A stretch of 50,391 bases of DNA from NCBI GenBank assembly GCA_036504935.1, contig DASXUH010000038.1, forward strand, positions 1 through 50,391, given 5' to 3'. A program made the position numbers and the translations under genes. The notes under the pieces were generated by a model that saw only the letters and a list, made by a program, of their open reading frames with translations, was not told the origin of the DNA and did not search any database. Of the stretch, positions 38,509 through 50,391 are shown one piece after another (the stretch's first letter is position 1; each line of letters starts with the position of its first letter). This DNA comes from Geothrix sp. Its GTDB lineage: Bacteria; Acidobacteriota; Holophagae; Holophagales; Holophagaceae.

Positions 38509-39434
38509 CCCGCGCTCTCCATCAGCGCAGCCTCGGCGCGCTGGGCGCGGCGGGTGGACCAGAAGGCCCAGAGGGCCCCCAGGGCGCCGGTGGCAGCCCC
38601 GACGAAGGCCAGCAGGGCCATGCTTCCCGCGGAGAAGAAACCCAGCCGCGCGAGGTCCACCAGCAGGGGCGACAAGCCACCCACGCCCTGGGAGACGGGC
38701 AGCCACAGGCCGAAGAGGCCCAGCAGGGCCAGCAGGCTGCCGCCCAGGCCCAGGGCGGCGCCTTCCAGCACCAGGGGGGTGCGGATGAAGCTTTCGGAGG
38801 CCCCCACCAGACGCATGATGGCGATTTCCTCCTCGCGCGCCAGGAGGCTCATGCGGATCACGTTCCCCGTGGCGAAACCCGCCGCCACCAGGAGTACGAT
38901 GCCGAGGCTGGCCAGGGCCGAACGCAGCAGGCGGGCCGTGTGCTGGATCTGTTCCAGCCGCTCCTGATCTGCCACCACATCGCCGACACCCGGAATGCCC
39001 CGCAGGCTCGCGCCCACTTCCACGGCCCTGGAGCCCTCGGCCAGATCCTGGCGGAGACTCAACTCCAGGCTTTCGGGCAGAGCGTCCTGCCCGGCGCTTT
39101 CCAGGAGCAGGCCGGCCTCCCGGGTGGCGGACAGGAACCGCTGGCGGTTTTCCGCGGCCGGCACGCGGCGCACCTCGCGGAAGCGCGGATCGCGCCGGAG
39201 ACGGGCCTCCGCCTCATCGAGCGTCTTCCCGTCGGCTGCGTAGACCACGACCTTGGCCATGTCCTCGAGACGTCCCACGAAACGGTCGAGGCTCTCCACC
39301 AGCAACAGGCCTCCGCCCGCCAGGAGGAGGCCCGAGGCCAGGGTGAGCACCGCCAGCAGGTACTGGCCCCGGTGCCGGAAGAGGTCCCGCAGCACGTCCT
39401 GGAACAACAGCCCCAGCAAGCGGAACGCGGTCAT
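38505..39434 (-). CDS. ftsX: Cell division permease FtsX family protein
   Basis: N-terminal TM, periplasmic LP.S loop, NVIRMSLLAREEEIAIMRLVGA..FIRTP..LEG. Confidence 0.85.
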   Translation of the reverse strand: MTAFRLLGLLFQDVLRDLFRHRGQYLLAVLTLASGLLLAGGGLLLVESLDRFVGRLEDMAKVVVYAADGKTLDEAEARLRRDPRFREVRRVPAAENRQRFLSATREAGLLLESAGQDALPESLELSLRQDLAEGSRAVEVGASLRGIPGVGDVVADQERLEQIQHTARLLRSALASLGIVLLVAAGFATGNVIRMSLLAREEEIAIMRLVGASESFIRTPLVLEGAALGLGGSLLALLGLFGLWLPVSQGVGGLSPLLVDLARLGFFSAGSMALLAFVGAATGALGALWAFWSTRRAQRAEAALMESAG

Positions 39435-40510
39435 GAAGCGTTCCCGTCCACCGCCACGCCCTTCACCACCGCCCCAGCCGGAGTTACGGTGATGGCCTTG
39501 GCGGCCGTGCCACTCAGAGGCGCCTTCCAGATGTAGATCGTGTTGTACCCAGTGGTGCCGTTCCCGCGCAGGCCCACCAGCCAGTCCTTGGTACCGGGAT
39601 GGGAGAGCACCCGGAGATCCGCCTGGTCCGCGGCACTCCCGAGGGTGGAGAAGGGGGCCTGGTTGTAGGACAGACCGAACTGGCCCGTGCGGAAGACCTG
39701 GATCGGCGCGGCGGTGCTGGCGGTGTCAGTGTTGTGCCGGGCCACGAACAAGTAGCCGTTGCCCGTATCCAGGGCGAGGGAACCGTATTTGCCGAGGGTG
39801 GTCAGGCTGCCCAGGATGACGTTGGTGGTGACGAACCCGGAGGCAGTCCCCTTGCGGAGCCGCGGGCCGGTCAGGGCGTCGATCCCCACCGTGCCGCCAT
39901 CCAGCATGAAGGCGTAGACCGCGCCTGAGGCTGCGGCCACGCCGGTTCCGCCGGTATCGCTGCTCATCTGGAGCGACTGGAGGGCGATGGAGGCATCCTG
40001 GCTTTGGCTGCTGGCATTGGCCACGATCCAGATCTGGGTGCTGTTGTCCCCGTTCTCGGTGATGTAGAGGGTGTCGTTCTGGGCATCCAGGCTGGCCTGT
40101 CCGAACTTCCCGTTGGTGAGGCGGCCGGTGCTCGACAGGGCGAAGGAGACCACCTCCGCATTGGGGACAGATCCCGTCTGGGTGCGGATGGTGCTCACTC
40201 GGACGATGGTGCCCGTGTCGGACACCAGGTAGAGGTTTCCCCGCTGGCTGTCGAAGCAGAGCCCCCCCCAAGCCAGGCTGGTGGCCTTGCTGAAGAGGGA
40301 GGACGTGATCTGGTAGGTGGGGGCGACCGCGGTGGCGCTGTCGTACAACGCGTTCAGATCCTTCCAGACCAGCACCTGGTTGCTGGTCGAATCGAAGGCG
40401 TAAAGCGCCACGCCCGTCGTCCCGCCGGAGGACCCGCCGCCGGGTTCCTTGCACCCCAGGACCAGCAGCAGAACGGAGGCCAGCAGGCCCGTGAAGAGAC
40501 GTCGGATCAT
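39431..40510 (-). CDS. Hypothetical lipoprotein, probable beta-propeller
   Basis: Lipobox LVLGC; repeated beta blades (LCFDSQRGNLY, SLDAQNDTLY, ALDTGNGYLF). Confidence 0.65.
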   Translation of the reverse strand: MIRRLFTGLLASVLLLVLGCKEPGGGSSGGTTGVALYAFDSTSNQVLVWKDLNALYDSATAVAPTYQITSSLFSKATSLAWGGLCFDSQRGNLYLVSDTGTIVRVSTIRTQTGSVPNAEVVSFALSSTGRLTNGKFGQASLDAQNDTLYITENGDNSTQIWIVANASSQSQDASIALQSLQMSSDTGGTGVAAASGAVYAFMLDGGTVGIDALTGPRLRKGTASGFVTTNVILGSLTTLGKYGSLALDTGNGYLFVARHNTDTASTAAPIQVFRTGQFGLSYNQAPFSTLGSAADQADLRVLSHPGTKDWLVGLRGNGTTGYNTIYIWKAPLSGTAAKAITVTPAGAVVKGVAVDGNAS

Positions 40511-40520
40511 GGGAAACCGC

Positions 40521-41540
40521 CTACTTGGTGGCGAAAAGCGCCTTGAGGTGCGTGTTCAGGGTGCGCACCATGTCGGCGTCGCAACCCGCATCCACCGCAC
40601 CCCGGCTGATGGCCAGGGCGAGGTTCTTCACCGCCTCGGGACCGTCGCCGGAAATGATCTGCTGGGTGGCCTTGGCCTGGAGCCGGTTCACCATCTCGTG
40701 CTGGGCCTCGGGCAGCACCATCTTGGCGGCCTGGGCGATGCGCTGGGTGAAGTTCATGAGCTTGACCATGCGCTGGGGATCATCCATCGGCGCAGCCTTG
40801 GCCGCCACGGGGGACACGGTCCCGGCGGTGCCGCCACCGATCGTCTCAGGCAGGGGTTCGTGGCCATCGGGGAATCCCGCGGGGCTCGGCGAGGGGGGTG
40901 CCAGGGCCGGAGTCTCCTCCTGGACGGCCTGAATCGCTGGCGCCGGAGTGGATTCAGACGCGGCCAGTGCTTCGACTTTCGGGGGTTTGCCGGAACGGAT
41001 GCCCTTCAGCACCACATGGCCGGCCATCACCAGGCCGTAGAGATCCTTGGCTGTGGTGAGCACGGGTTTCTGCATCGCCTCGGCCACTTCGGCGACGCTG
41101 TAGTACCCCGTGGACAGGGCCAGCACCCGGGCCTCCCGGGCGTTCACATCATGGGGTGTCTCGCCGGGCAGCAGGGTGGAGGCAGGATAGAGGTCCACGG
41201 AGGGGATCTTCTGACTGATGACGCGCCACTCGTCCATGCGGCGCCCCAGCTCCATGAGGATGGAGGCATTGGGTTTGGTGATGGTGGCAGGCACATCGGG
41301 CACCAGTTCCTCGAACCGGTAGCTGCCGTCGAGCCACAGGGCCACCTCCATGAGGGCCTCGAAGCCCTCACCCGTGGGCGTGACGGCATGGATGATCCGG
41401 CCATCCTTGAGGTAGATCCGGGCGCGGGAGGCTTCCTGCTGCACATGGAAGCATCCCGATTTCCCACCCTGGCTCACGAGCTGGATGATGTCGGGCAGCG
41501 GCGCCTCACGCATGGAGCCTTGGATCACACCCTGGGACAT
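40521..41540 (-). CDS. DUF4388 (PatA-N) domain protein
   Basis: QGSMREAPLPDIIQLV..GKSG, IYLKDGRIIHA, G.YRF, ILME..RRMDEW. Confidence 0.85.
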   Translation of the reverse strand: MSQGVIQGSMREAPLPDIIQLVSQGGKSGCFHVQQEASRARIYLKDGRIIHAVTPTGEGFEALMEVALWLDGSYRFEELVPDVPATITKPNASILMELGRRMDEWRVISQKIPSVDLYPASTLLPGETPHDVNAREARVLALSTGYYSVAEVAEAMQKPVLTTAKDLYGLVMAGHVVLKGIRSGKPPKVEALAASESTPAPAIQAVQEETPALAPPSPSPAGFPDGHEPLPETIGGGTAGTVSPVAAKAAPMDDPQRMVKLMNFTQRIAQAAKMVLPEAQHEMVNRLQAKATQQIISGDGPEAVKNLALAISRGAVDAGCDADMVRTLNTHLKALFATK

Positions 41541-41644
41541 GGGTCGTTCCTCTCGGGAAAATAAAGGCCTATAAGAGATGTTCAACCTTACCACGGAGTG
41601 CGCCCTTCCCCCCCGGGTCCTCCTGAGCGATGCTGGGGGGGTCT

Positions 41645-42775
41645 ATGAGCACGCGCCCCGACTCCCCCTTCGCCTCCATCGAGAAGGCCATCGACACCAT
41701 CCGGCAGGGCCGCATGGTCGTGGTGGTGGATGACGAGGACCGTGAGAACGAAGGCGACCTCACCCTGGCCGCCGAGCACGTGACCCCGGAAACCATCGCC
41801 TTCATGGCCACTCATGGCCGGGGGCTCATCTGCGCTGCCCTTGAGGGGCCCTTGCTCGACCGGCTCCAGATCCCCCTCATGGTCCGGGACAACACCAGCC
41901 CCTTCGAGACGGCCTTCTGCATCTCCGTGGAGGCCCGGGAGGGCACCACCACGGGCATCAGCGCCCAGGACCGCGCCCGCACCATCCAGGCCCTCATCGC
42001 CCCGGACGCCAAGCCCCAGCACTTCGTGAAGCCGGGCCACGTCTTCCCCCTGCGGGCCCGCCCCGGCGGGGTGCTCACCCGCACGGGCCAGACCGAGGCC
42101 AGTGTGGATCTGGCGCGGCTGGCAGGCCTCCACCCCAGCGGCGTGATCTGCGAAATCATGAAGGACGACGGCACCATGGCGCGGGTGCCGGACCTGGTCC
42201 CCTTCTGCCGCCAGCACGATCTCCCGCTCGTGACCGTGGCGGACCTCGTGGCCTACCGGCTCAGGCAGGAACCTCTGGTGGCCCCTCTCGAAGTCCGCAC
42301 CATGGCCAGCCAGTGGGGGGCCCTGAAGGTGCACCGTTTCCAGAGCCTGCTGGACGGCGGCAGCCACCTGGCCTTCGTATTGGGCGACCTGGCTGGCGAC
42401 CCGCCCCTGGTGCGGGTCCACGTCGAGACCCTGCCGGACGACCTGCACGGCTTCGAGACTGGCCTCTTCCAGAAGGCCATGGCGGCCATCTCGAAGGAGG
42501 GCCGGGGTGTGCTGGTCTATCTGCGCCGCCACGCCCACACGCCCGGGGTGGCCGAAGAGGGCCACACCCAGCCCCAGGTCATGAATGATCGCGACTTCGG
42601 CGTGGGCGCCCAGATCCTGCGGCAACTCGGCGTTGGAAAAATGCGCCTCCTCAGCAGGCACGAAACCAAGTACATTGGCCTCCGGGGCTTCGGCCTAGAC
42701 CTCTGTGCGCACGTGCCACTGGAACCGTCCCTGGACCAGCCCCATACGGACCGGCCTCACACGGATCAACCGTGA
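41645..42775 (+). CDS. ribB: DHBP synthase fused to degenerate GTP cyclohydrolase II domain (RibBX type)
   Basis: [30 protein letters not shown]; C-terminal domain lacks the Zn-binding Cys residues. Confidence 0.92.
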   Translation: MSTRPDSPFASIEKAIDTIRQGRMVVVVDDEDRENEGDLTLAAEHVTPETIAFMATHGRGLICAALEGPLLDRLQIPLMVRDNTSPFETAFCISVEAREGTTTGISAQDRARTIQALIAPDAKPQHFVKPGHVFPLRARPGGVLTRTGQTEASVDLARLAGLHPSGVICEIMKDDGTMARVPDLVPFCRQHDLPLVTVADLVAYRLRQEPLVAPLEVRTMASQWGALKVHRFQSLLDGGSHLAFVLGDLAGDPPLVRVHVETLPDDLHGFETGLFQKAMAAISKEGRGVLVYLRRHAHTPGVAEEGHTQPQVMNDRDFGVGAQILRQLGVGKMRLLSRHETKYIGLRGFGLDLCAHVPLEPSLDQPHTDRPHTDQP

Positions 42776-43266
42776 TCGACACCCTCTTCCTGACCCGCTC
42801 GCCCCTGTTCAGGAACCTGGACGAGGGGGAGCGCGCCCAGATCCTGATGATCGGCCAGGTCCGCCAGGTCCGGGCGGGCGAGGTGATCTTCCGGGAGGGC
42901 GATGCCGGAGACGGCCTGTTCATCGTGCTCAAGGGCTCGGTGCGCATCTCCAAGCGGAGCGCCACTGGAGAGGAGGCCCTGGCCGTGCTGGAGCCCCCCG
43001 CCTTCTTCGGGGAGATGGCCCTCATCGACCTTGCCGCCCGGGCGGCGGACGCCATCGCCAACGAGACCTCCGAATTGTTTTTCATCCCCCTCCAGGACCT
43101 CCGCGCCCTGATCGAAGTGCAGCACAAGATCGCCCTCAAGATCCTCTACGCCCTCTGTGAAGTGCTGGCCCAGCGCCTGCGGGAGACCAATGACCGCTAC
43201 ATGAACATCTTCACCATCGCCCAGTGGGGCGGTGCCAGTTCCGGCGGCCCCAACCCTCTACCTTGA
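42772..43266 (+). CDS. Stand-alone cyclic nucleotide-binding domain protein
   Basis: IFREGDAGD, FFGEMALID..ARAA; no HTH; GTGA overlap with ribB. Confidence 0.88.
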   Translation: MIDTLFLTRSPLFRNLDEGERAQILMIGQVRQVRAGEVIFREGDAGDGLFIVLKGSVRISKRSATGEEALAVLEPPAFFGEMALIDLAARAADAIANETSELFFIPLQDLRALIEVQHKIALKILYALCEVLAQRLRETNDRYMNIFTIAQWGGASSGGPNPLP

Positions 43267-43292
43267 ACACCCCGAACTTGAAAGGAGTTCCC

Positions 43293-43613
43293 ATGTCCGA
43301 CCTTGTTGCCCACATCACCGACGCCGAGTTCCCCCAGGCCGTAGCCCAGGGCGTCACCCTCGTGGATTTCTGGGCCCCCTGGTGCGGCCCCTGCAAGATG
43401 ATCGCCCCCGTCCTGGACGAGCTGGCCGCTGAAATGAGCGGCAAGGCCAAGTTCGTGAAGATGAACGTGGACGAGAACCCGCAGGTGGCTGGCCAGTTCG
43501 GCATCATGAGCATCCCCACCCTCATCGTCTTCAAGGACGGCAAGCCCGTGAACAAGCTCATCGGCGGCCAGCCAAAGCCCCAGCTCAAGGCGTTCGTGGA
43601 GAGCGCGTTCTGA
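43293..43613 (+). CDS. trxA: Thioredoxin
   Basis: DFWAPWCGPC, SIPT; AAGGAG RBS. Confidence 0.97.
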   Translation: MSDLVAHITDAEFPQAVAQGVTLVDFWAPWCGPCKMIAPVLDELAAEMSGKAKFVKMNVDENPQVAGQFGIMSIPTLIVFKDGKPVNKLIGGQPKPQLKAFVESAF

Positions 43614-43718
43614 GGGCAGTCTTCAGTCCTCGGTCTTCAGTCCTCAGTGGAACGGCGCCCCGCAGGGCGCCGTTCCTGTTTTTACTGAAGACTGATCCCT
43701 GAGGACTGAGGACTGCCC
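43614..43718. repeat. Inverted arrays of 7-bp repeats enclosing an intrinsic terminator
   Basis: (CAGTCYT)n at 43617-43648, hairpin GGAACGGCGCCC-CGCA-GGGCGCCGTTCC plus T-run, (ACTGARG)n at 43684-43718. Confidence 0.85.
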
Positions 43719-44630
43719 CTACTTCCTTCTCAGCACCAGCCGCACCTGGTTCCCCTTCTCATTGAAGTGGACTTCGTCCATCACGAGCAGGATGAGGGGC
43801 AGGCCCCGCCCGCAGTGGGGAGCCATTTCCGAATCGGGTTGTGGGGGGGCGAGCCGGCCGGCATCGAACCCCCGGCCCTCGTCACTGATCTCCACTTCGA
43901 AGCGCTCCGTGTCCATGGCCAGGCGCACTTCGACCAGCCGCCCCGCGTACTCGGGATCCGCCATGCGCTTCGCGCGGAGGGCGGCATAGGGATCTTCCTC
44001 TGCGAACAGGTCCACTTTGAGGCGCGAGTCCAGGTCGAGGTTGCCGTGTTCCAGGGCATTCACCAGGGCCTCGTGGATGGCCATGGCGATGACATCGATG
44101 TTGCTGGTCGAGGCGAACCCCATGGGCACCAGCCGGTCGGTCAGATGGTGCATGAGGCTCGGGACCTCCAGCTCGTCGGACCGGAACAGGAAGTGCCGCC
44201 GCTCGTTCACCAGGCCGCGCAGGCCGTCGTCGGCCTTGCGGAGATCCCGGTGCAGGTCCACCAGGCGGAACACACTCTGCACCAGATCCCGGAGGGCGAT
44301 GGGCTTCATGAACAGGTTGGAGGCGCCGAGGCGCATGGCCTGGATGGCGTAGTCCACGGAGGCCTGGCCTGTCATGAGCACCACCGGCAGGTGGGGATGG
44401 GACGCCTTCACCTTGTGGATCACATCGAACCCGTCCATCCCCTCCATGTTGATGTCGCTGAGGACCAGGTCGAAGGCGGGGGCGTTGGGATTCTGCAGAA
44501 GTTCCACGGCCTGGGCCGCGTCGGGGTAGGCATGGACTTCCATGCCGTAGTGGGCCAGGGCCGACTGGACCATCTCCAGCACCGCGGGGTCGTCATCGAT
44601 CAGTAGGATGTGCGTCCCGCGGCGGATCAT
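43719..44630 (-). CDS. Response regulator fused to RsbW-like HATPase (anti-sigma kinase) domain
   Basis: REC (LIDD, LSDINM, MKP); EALVNALEHGN, DEGRGF, GRGL boxes. Confidence 0.88.
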   Translation of the reverse strand: MIRRGTHILLIDDDPAVLEMVQSALAHYGMEVHAYPDAAQAVELLQNPNAPAFDLVLSDINMEGMDGFDVIHKVKASHPHLPVVLMTGQASVDYAIQAMRLGASNLFMKPIALRDLVQSVFRLVDLHRDLRKADDGLRGLVNERRHFLFRSDELEVPSLMHHLTDRLVPMGFASTSNIDVIAMAIHEALVNALEHGNLDLDSRLKVDLFAEEDPYAALRAKRMADPEYAGRLVEVRLAMDTERFEVEISDEGRGFDAGRLAPPQPDSEMAPHCGRGLPLILLVMDEVHFNEKGNQVRLVLRRK

Positions 44631-44653
44631 GGCGGCTCCGTGTTCCCAGGATA

Positions 44654-45931
44654 CTAGAAGCCCACTCGGTCCACGGGAACGACCGTGAGCGGAGCGAGGT
44701 GCGGCGCCAGCAGGTCCAAGGTGCGCTTGAGTGTGCCACTCAGGGCCTCGGGCAGCGGGACCGGGCCTCTGGAACGCAGGGGTGCAGAGGCCAGGGCCTC
44801 CGCCAGGGCCTGGGCAAGCTCCTGCGAGGCGGCCACCTGGATCAGCCCGGCGTCACGGAGGGGCGGCACCAGGTCCTCGAAGTTGGCGAAGCCGGGCCCC
44901 ACGAGGGCCGGAACCCCCAGGCGGACGGGTTCCAGCGGGTTGTGCCCGCCCGCCGCGGTCCAGCCTCCCGCCACCAGGGCCACAGTGCCTTCGGCGTAGG
45001 CGGCGGAGAGCTCGCCCAGGGTATCCAGGAGCAGCACCTCCACCGTCGACCAGGCCGAACGCTCCGGCCAGACCGAGGAGGCGCGGCGGAAGACGAGACC
45101 CCGGTCCATCAATAGGCCCGCCACCCCATCGAAGCGGCGGGGCTGACGGGGGGCGAGAACGAGGCGCAGGCCAGGAACCTGCTCCCGCACCCTCTGCCAG
45201 GCCGCGATCACCAGATCTTCCTCGCCCTCCACCGTGTTCCCGGCCACCACCACCGGTTGCCCCGCCCAGGCCTCCCGGAGAGCCGCCCAACCCTCATGCA
45301 AGGGCCGCGGGGCGGGGAGATCGGCCTTGAGGTTGCCGCCGAGGTGCACCTCCGGAGCCCCCAGGCGCCGGAAGGCCTCGGCGCTGGCCTCGTCCCGGGC
45401 TGCCACGAGGCTGAGCCGCGAAGCCGCCCGGCGGAGCCAGGGGCCACCCCGCTGGAGGGATTTCCCCGTGAGCCGGCCGTTCACCACGATGCGGGGGATG
45501 CCATGCGCTTCGAGGGCCCGGAAGAGACCGGGCCAGAGTTCCGTCTCCAGGGCGATGAAGGCCCCGGGCGCGCGGCGGAGAAAGGGTTCCAGGCCCGCGG
45601 GGTCATCCAGGGGGAAAGCTCCGCCGCTGACCAGACCCGTGCCGCCGTCCCAGCCCGGCAGCCGCCGGGCCAGCAGGTCCAGCCCCGCGGGCGTGCCCGT
45701 ACTCACGTGGACGCGGTGGCCCCCGTCGCGCAGGCACGCCAACAGGCCGTCCGCCAGCAGCAGTTCGCCCACACTCACGGCGTGCAGCCAGATCCATCGG
45801 CCCTCGGGCAGGTCCGGCGCCTCCGCCTCCAGCCGGAGCCGCCAGGCCTCAGGCAGGCCCCGGGCGCAGGCCCGTGCCGCCGCTCCCACCAGGGAGACGG
45901 TCGCCAGGTAGCTGAAGTCGAGGAAATCCAC
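44654..45931 (-). CDS. waaA: 3-deoxy-D-manno-octulosonic acid (Kdo) transferase
   Basis: WLHAVSVGE, ETELWP, GNLK, LAPR.P.RF, DTLGEL, GGHNPLEP. Confidence 0.93.
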   Translation of the reverse strand: MDFLDFSYLATVSLVGAAARACARGLPEAWRLRLEAEAPDLPEGRWIWLHAVSVGELLLADGLLACLRDGGHRVHVSTGTPAGLDLLARRLPGWDGGTGLVSGGAFPLDDPAGLEPFLRRAPGAFIALETELWPGLFRALEAHGIPRIVVNGRLTGKSLQRGGPWLRRAASRLSLVAARDEASAEAFRRLGAPEVHLGGNLKADLPAPRPLHEGWAALREAWAGQPVVVAGNTVEGEEDLVIAAWQRVREQVPGLRLVLAPRQPRRFDGVAGLLMDRGLVFRRASSVWPERSAWSTVEVLLLDTLGELSAAYAEGTVALVAGGWTAAGGHNPLEPVRLGVPALVGPGFANFEDLVPPLRDAGLIQVAASQELAQALAEALASAPLRSRGPVPLPEALSGTLKRTLDLLAPHLAPLTVVPVDRVGF

Positions 45932-45976
45932 GCATCCACGCTCTCACATTTCGGAATGGAACGGCATCATGGAGGG

Positions 45977-46987
45977 ATGACCGAGCGCGCTCCTCTCGAA
46001 GTCCTCATCGTCACCGGCCCCCTGGGCGCCGGGAAGACGACCGTGGTGAACCGCCTGCTGAAGGCCGAGGTGGCGGCAGGGCGCCGGGTGGCCGTGCTCA
46101 TCAACGAATTCGGCGCCATCAGCGTGGACGGCACCCTGGTGGATGCCGAGCGGCCCGAGTTGGCGGGAGTGGAGAACCTCGTCAACGGCTGTGTCTGCTG
46201 CAGCCTGCGCAATGACGTGGTGGACACGCTGAAGGCCTGGTGCGATCAACCGGAAGGCCTGCGGCCCGAGCGCGTGGTGCTGGAGACCACGGGCCTCGCG
46301 GACCCGACCGACCTCCTCGACCTGGAGCAGGAGCCGGCACTGGCGGGGCGCCTGCGACTGGCGGGCCTGCTCACGGTGATTTCCTGCCTGGGCCCCGTGG
46401 ATCATCTAAAGACAAAGCCCTTGCTCCACCGCCAGGCGGCCCTGGCCAGCCTCATCCATGTGAGCAAGGCCGATCTCGATCCTTCCGCGGCGATGGCCTG
46501 GGAGAGCGAACTGCGCGCGGCCTTCCGGCAGATCCCGCTGGTGCCCACGCGCCACGGCGCTGCCCCTGCTGGCAGCCCCGACCCCTGGCGCGGCGATATG
46601 CGCCCCCTGCCCGAAGGATGGGAAGCCACTGACGGCACCAGCTTCGCCGCGGCCAGGTCCCTCAGCCTTGGCTGGGACCACCCGGTCGACCCCGCCGCCC
46701 TGGAAGCCCTGCTCCTGGCGCCGCCGGAAGCGGGCGAACTGCTCCGGGCCAAAGGCGTCTGCGCCTTCGCGGGCTGGGCGGCACGCAACGATGGCAGCGA
46801 CCGCTGGGCCTTCCAGCTGGCGGACGGGCGGCTGGAGATCTCGCCGCTGCCCCTGTCCGCCGATGGCACCGCTCCGGCCTGTGCGGCAGTGGTCATCGGC
46901 ACGGGCCTCGACGCCCTCCATTGGAAGAAGGCCTTGCGCGGCCTGGAATGCCCCCCTGCGGGCCAGCGCCGCAAAGCCTTTCTCTAG
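45977..46987 (+). CDS. CobW/COG0523 family metallochaperone GTPase
   Basis: GPLGAGKT, INEFG, NGCVCC, ETTGLADP, LRAKG; no His-rich linker. Confidence 0.9.
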   Translation: MTERAPLEVLIVTGPLGAGKTTVVNRLLKAEVAAGRRVAVLINEFGAISVDGTLVDAERPELAGVENLVNGCVCCSLRNDVVDTLKAWCDQPEGLRPERVVLETTGLADPTDLLDLEQEPALAGRLRLAGLLTVISCLGPVDHLKTKPLLHRQAALASLIHVSKADLDPSAAMAWESELRAAFRQIPLVPTRHGAAPAGSPDPWRGDMRPLPEGWEATDGTSFAAARSLSLGWDHPVDPAALEALLLAPPEAGELLRAKGVCAFAGWAARNDGSDRWAFQLADGRLEISPLPLSADGTAPACAAVVIGTGLDALHWKKALRGLECPPAGQRRKAFL

Positions 46988-47019
46988 CGCGGATCCGGCG
47001 CAGCGCGCCGGATCCGCGC
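46987..47019. repeat. Perfect 15-bp inverted repeat without U-tract
   Basis: GCGCGGATCCGGCGC-AGC-GCGCCGGATCCGCGC. Confidence 0.85.
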
Positions 47020-47070
47020 CCGGCTTGGTATCATCGCAGTTTGCCCGACCCCGGGATGCAAGGAGCAGGT

Positions 47071-49592
<2,522 letters not shown>

Positions 49593-49593
<1 letters not shown>

Positions 49594-50207
49594 TGCGCAG
49601 AGCCCTGCCTCTGGTGGCGCCGGCGGCCCTGCTGCTCTCGCTCGCCTGCCAGCCGCACCCGACCTCGCCCGTCTACGGTCCCTGGGAAGAGGGCCTCACC
49701 CTGGCATTCGAGGATCCCTCCCAGCCTCAGCCCCAGCGCTCTGTGGACCGGCTGCAGGTGCGTGTCGCCCGGTCGTCCATGGCGCCGGGCGCACCGCGGA
49801 TCGTGCAACTGGACGTTACCAGCCTCCGGGGCCAGATGAGCCTGCTGGTCCGGCACCAGGATGGCGGCATCGCCCTCCTCGGCGACGGTGGCCAGGTGGT
49901 GGCCCAGACCTTGCCGCTGGGCTTCCCCGCCACCGCGGCCTGGGAGGACCGCGGCGTCCAGTTCCGCATGGTGGGCCGCGCCAAATGGGAGGGCGCTGCG
50001 CTCCTGCCGGCCACCTCGGATCCCGTCGGTGTGTGGGTGGAGGCGCGGCCCCCGCACGGCCCCCGCCGCCGGACGCTCTACCTGCCCAACCTGGGCGAGG
50101 TGGAAGCCCAGGAGGAGCACGGCGACACCTGGATCACCGTGAACCGGCTGGTGGCCCGCGGCTTCGTGGACTTGCCTTCCGCCCCCCTTCCTGATCGACG
50201 TCCCTGA
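49593..50207 (+). CDS. Hypothetical lipoprotein
   Basis: Lipobox LSLAC; TGATG overlap with tex stop. Confidence 0.7.
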
Positions 50208-50228
50208 TCGACCATTCCCGGAGCCGAC

Positions 50229-50391
50229 ATGGCCGCTGACACCACTTCCGACAAGACGCCCGAAAACGAGATCGAGCTGCCGCCCGGCGCCGCCAAAGGG
50301 GCCGTGCGAGACAACCTGGAAGTGATCTGCTTCGCGATGATCCTGATCCTGTTCTTCAAGACCTTCGTGGGCCAGCAGTTCAAGATCCCCT
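50229..50391 (+). CDS. lepB: Signal peptidase I, partial (runs off window)
   Basis: Hand translation ...RDNLEVICFAMILILFFKTFVGQQFKIP, matching the TM plus FxIPS(xSM) approach to the catalytic Ser; GGAG RBS. Confidence 0.8.
   Translation, partial: MAADTTSDKTPENEIELPPGAAKGAVRDNLEVICFAMILILFFKTFVGQQFKIP

Noticed and set aside
43614-43718. Short repeats as a CRISPR array
   Set aside because: 7-bp units without spacers and no cas genes

Overview
High-GC chromosomal window of mostly housekeeping genes; gene content suggests Acidobacteriota (Holophagae/Geothrix-like), which is an inference. It holds a tetraheme cytochrome c/4Fe-4S/NrfD quinol-oxidoreductase operon, glyQ-glyS-guaA, an orphan arcC, a divergent rrf2/cysK pair, a large Ntn-hydrolase, two tandem giant Ig-repeat lipoproteins between an RluA-family gene and a DAG-kinase-family gene, then murC, an M14 peptidase, ubiX, ftsX, ribBX, trxA, waaA, a CobW-type GTPase, tex and the start of lepB. 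I saw no tRNA, rRNA, CRISPR array, integrase, transposase or reverse transcriptase. Most unusual signals: (1) a 34-codon ORF upstream of arcC that repeats 12 ArcC N-terminal residues exactly, with 9 of 12 codons synonymously different, followed by a hairpin; (2) sharply bounded AT-rich, in-frame patches inside the essential glyS; (3) the Ig-protein locus expanded by a duplicated segment that left a chimeric DAGK'::'RluA scar made of divergent alleles; (4) an Rrf2 regulator ending in a CysK-docking-type GYSI tail next to cysK.
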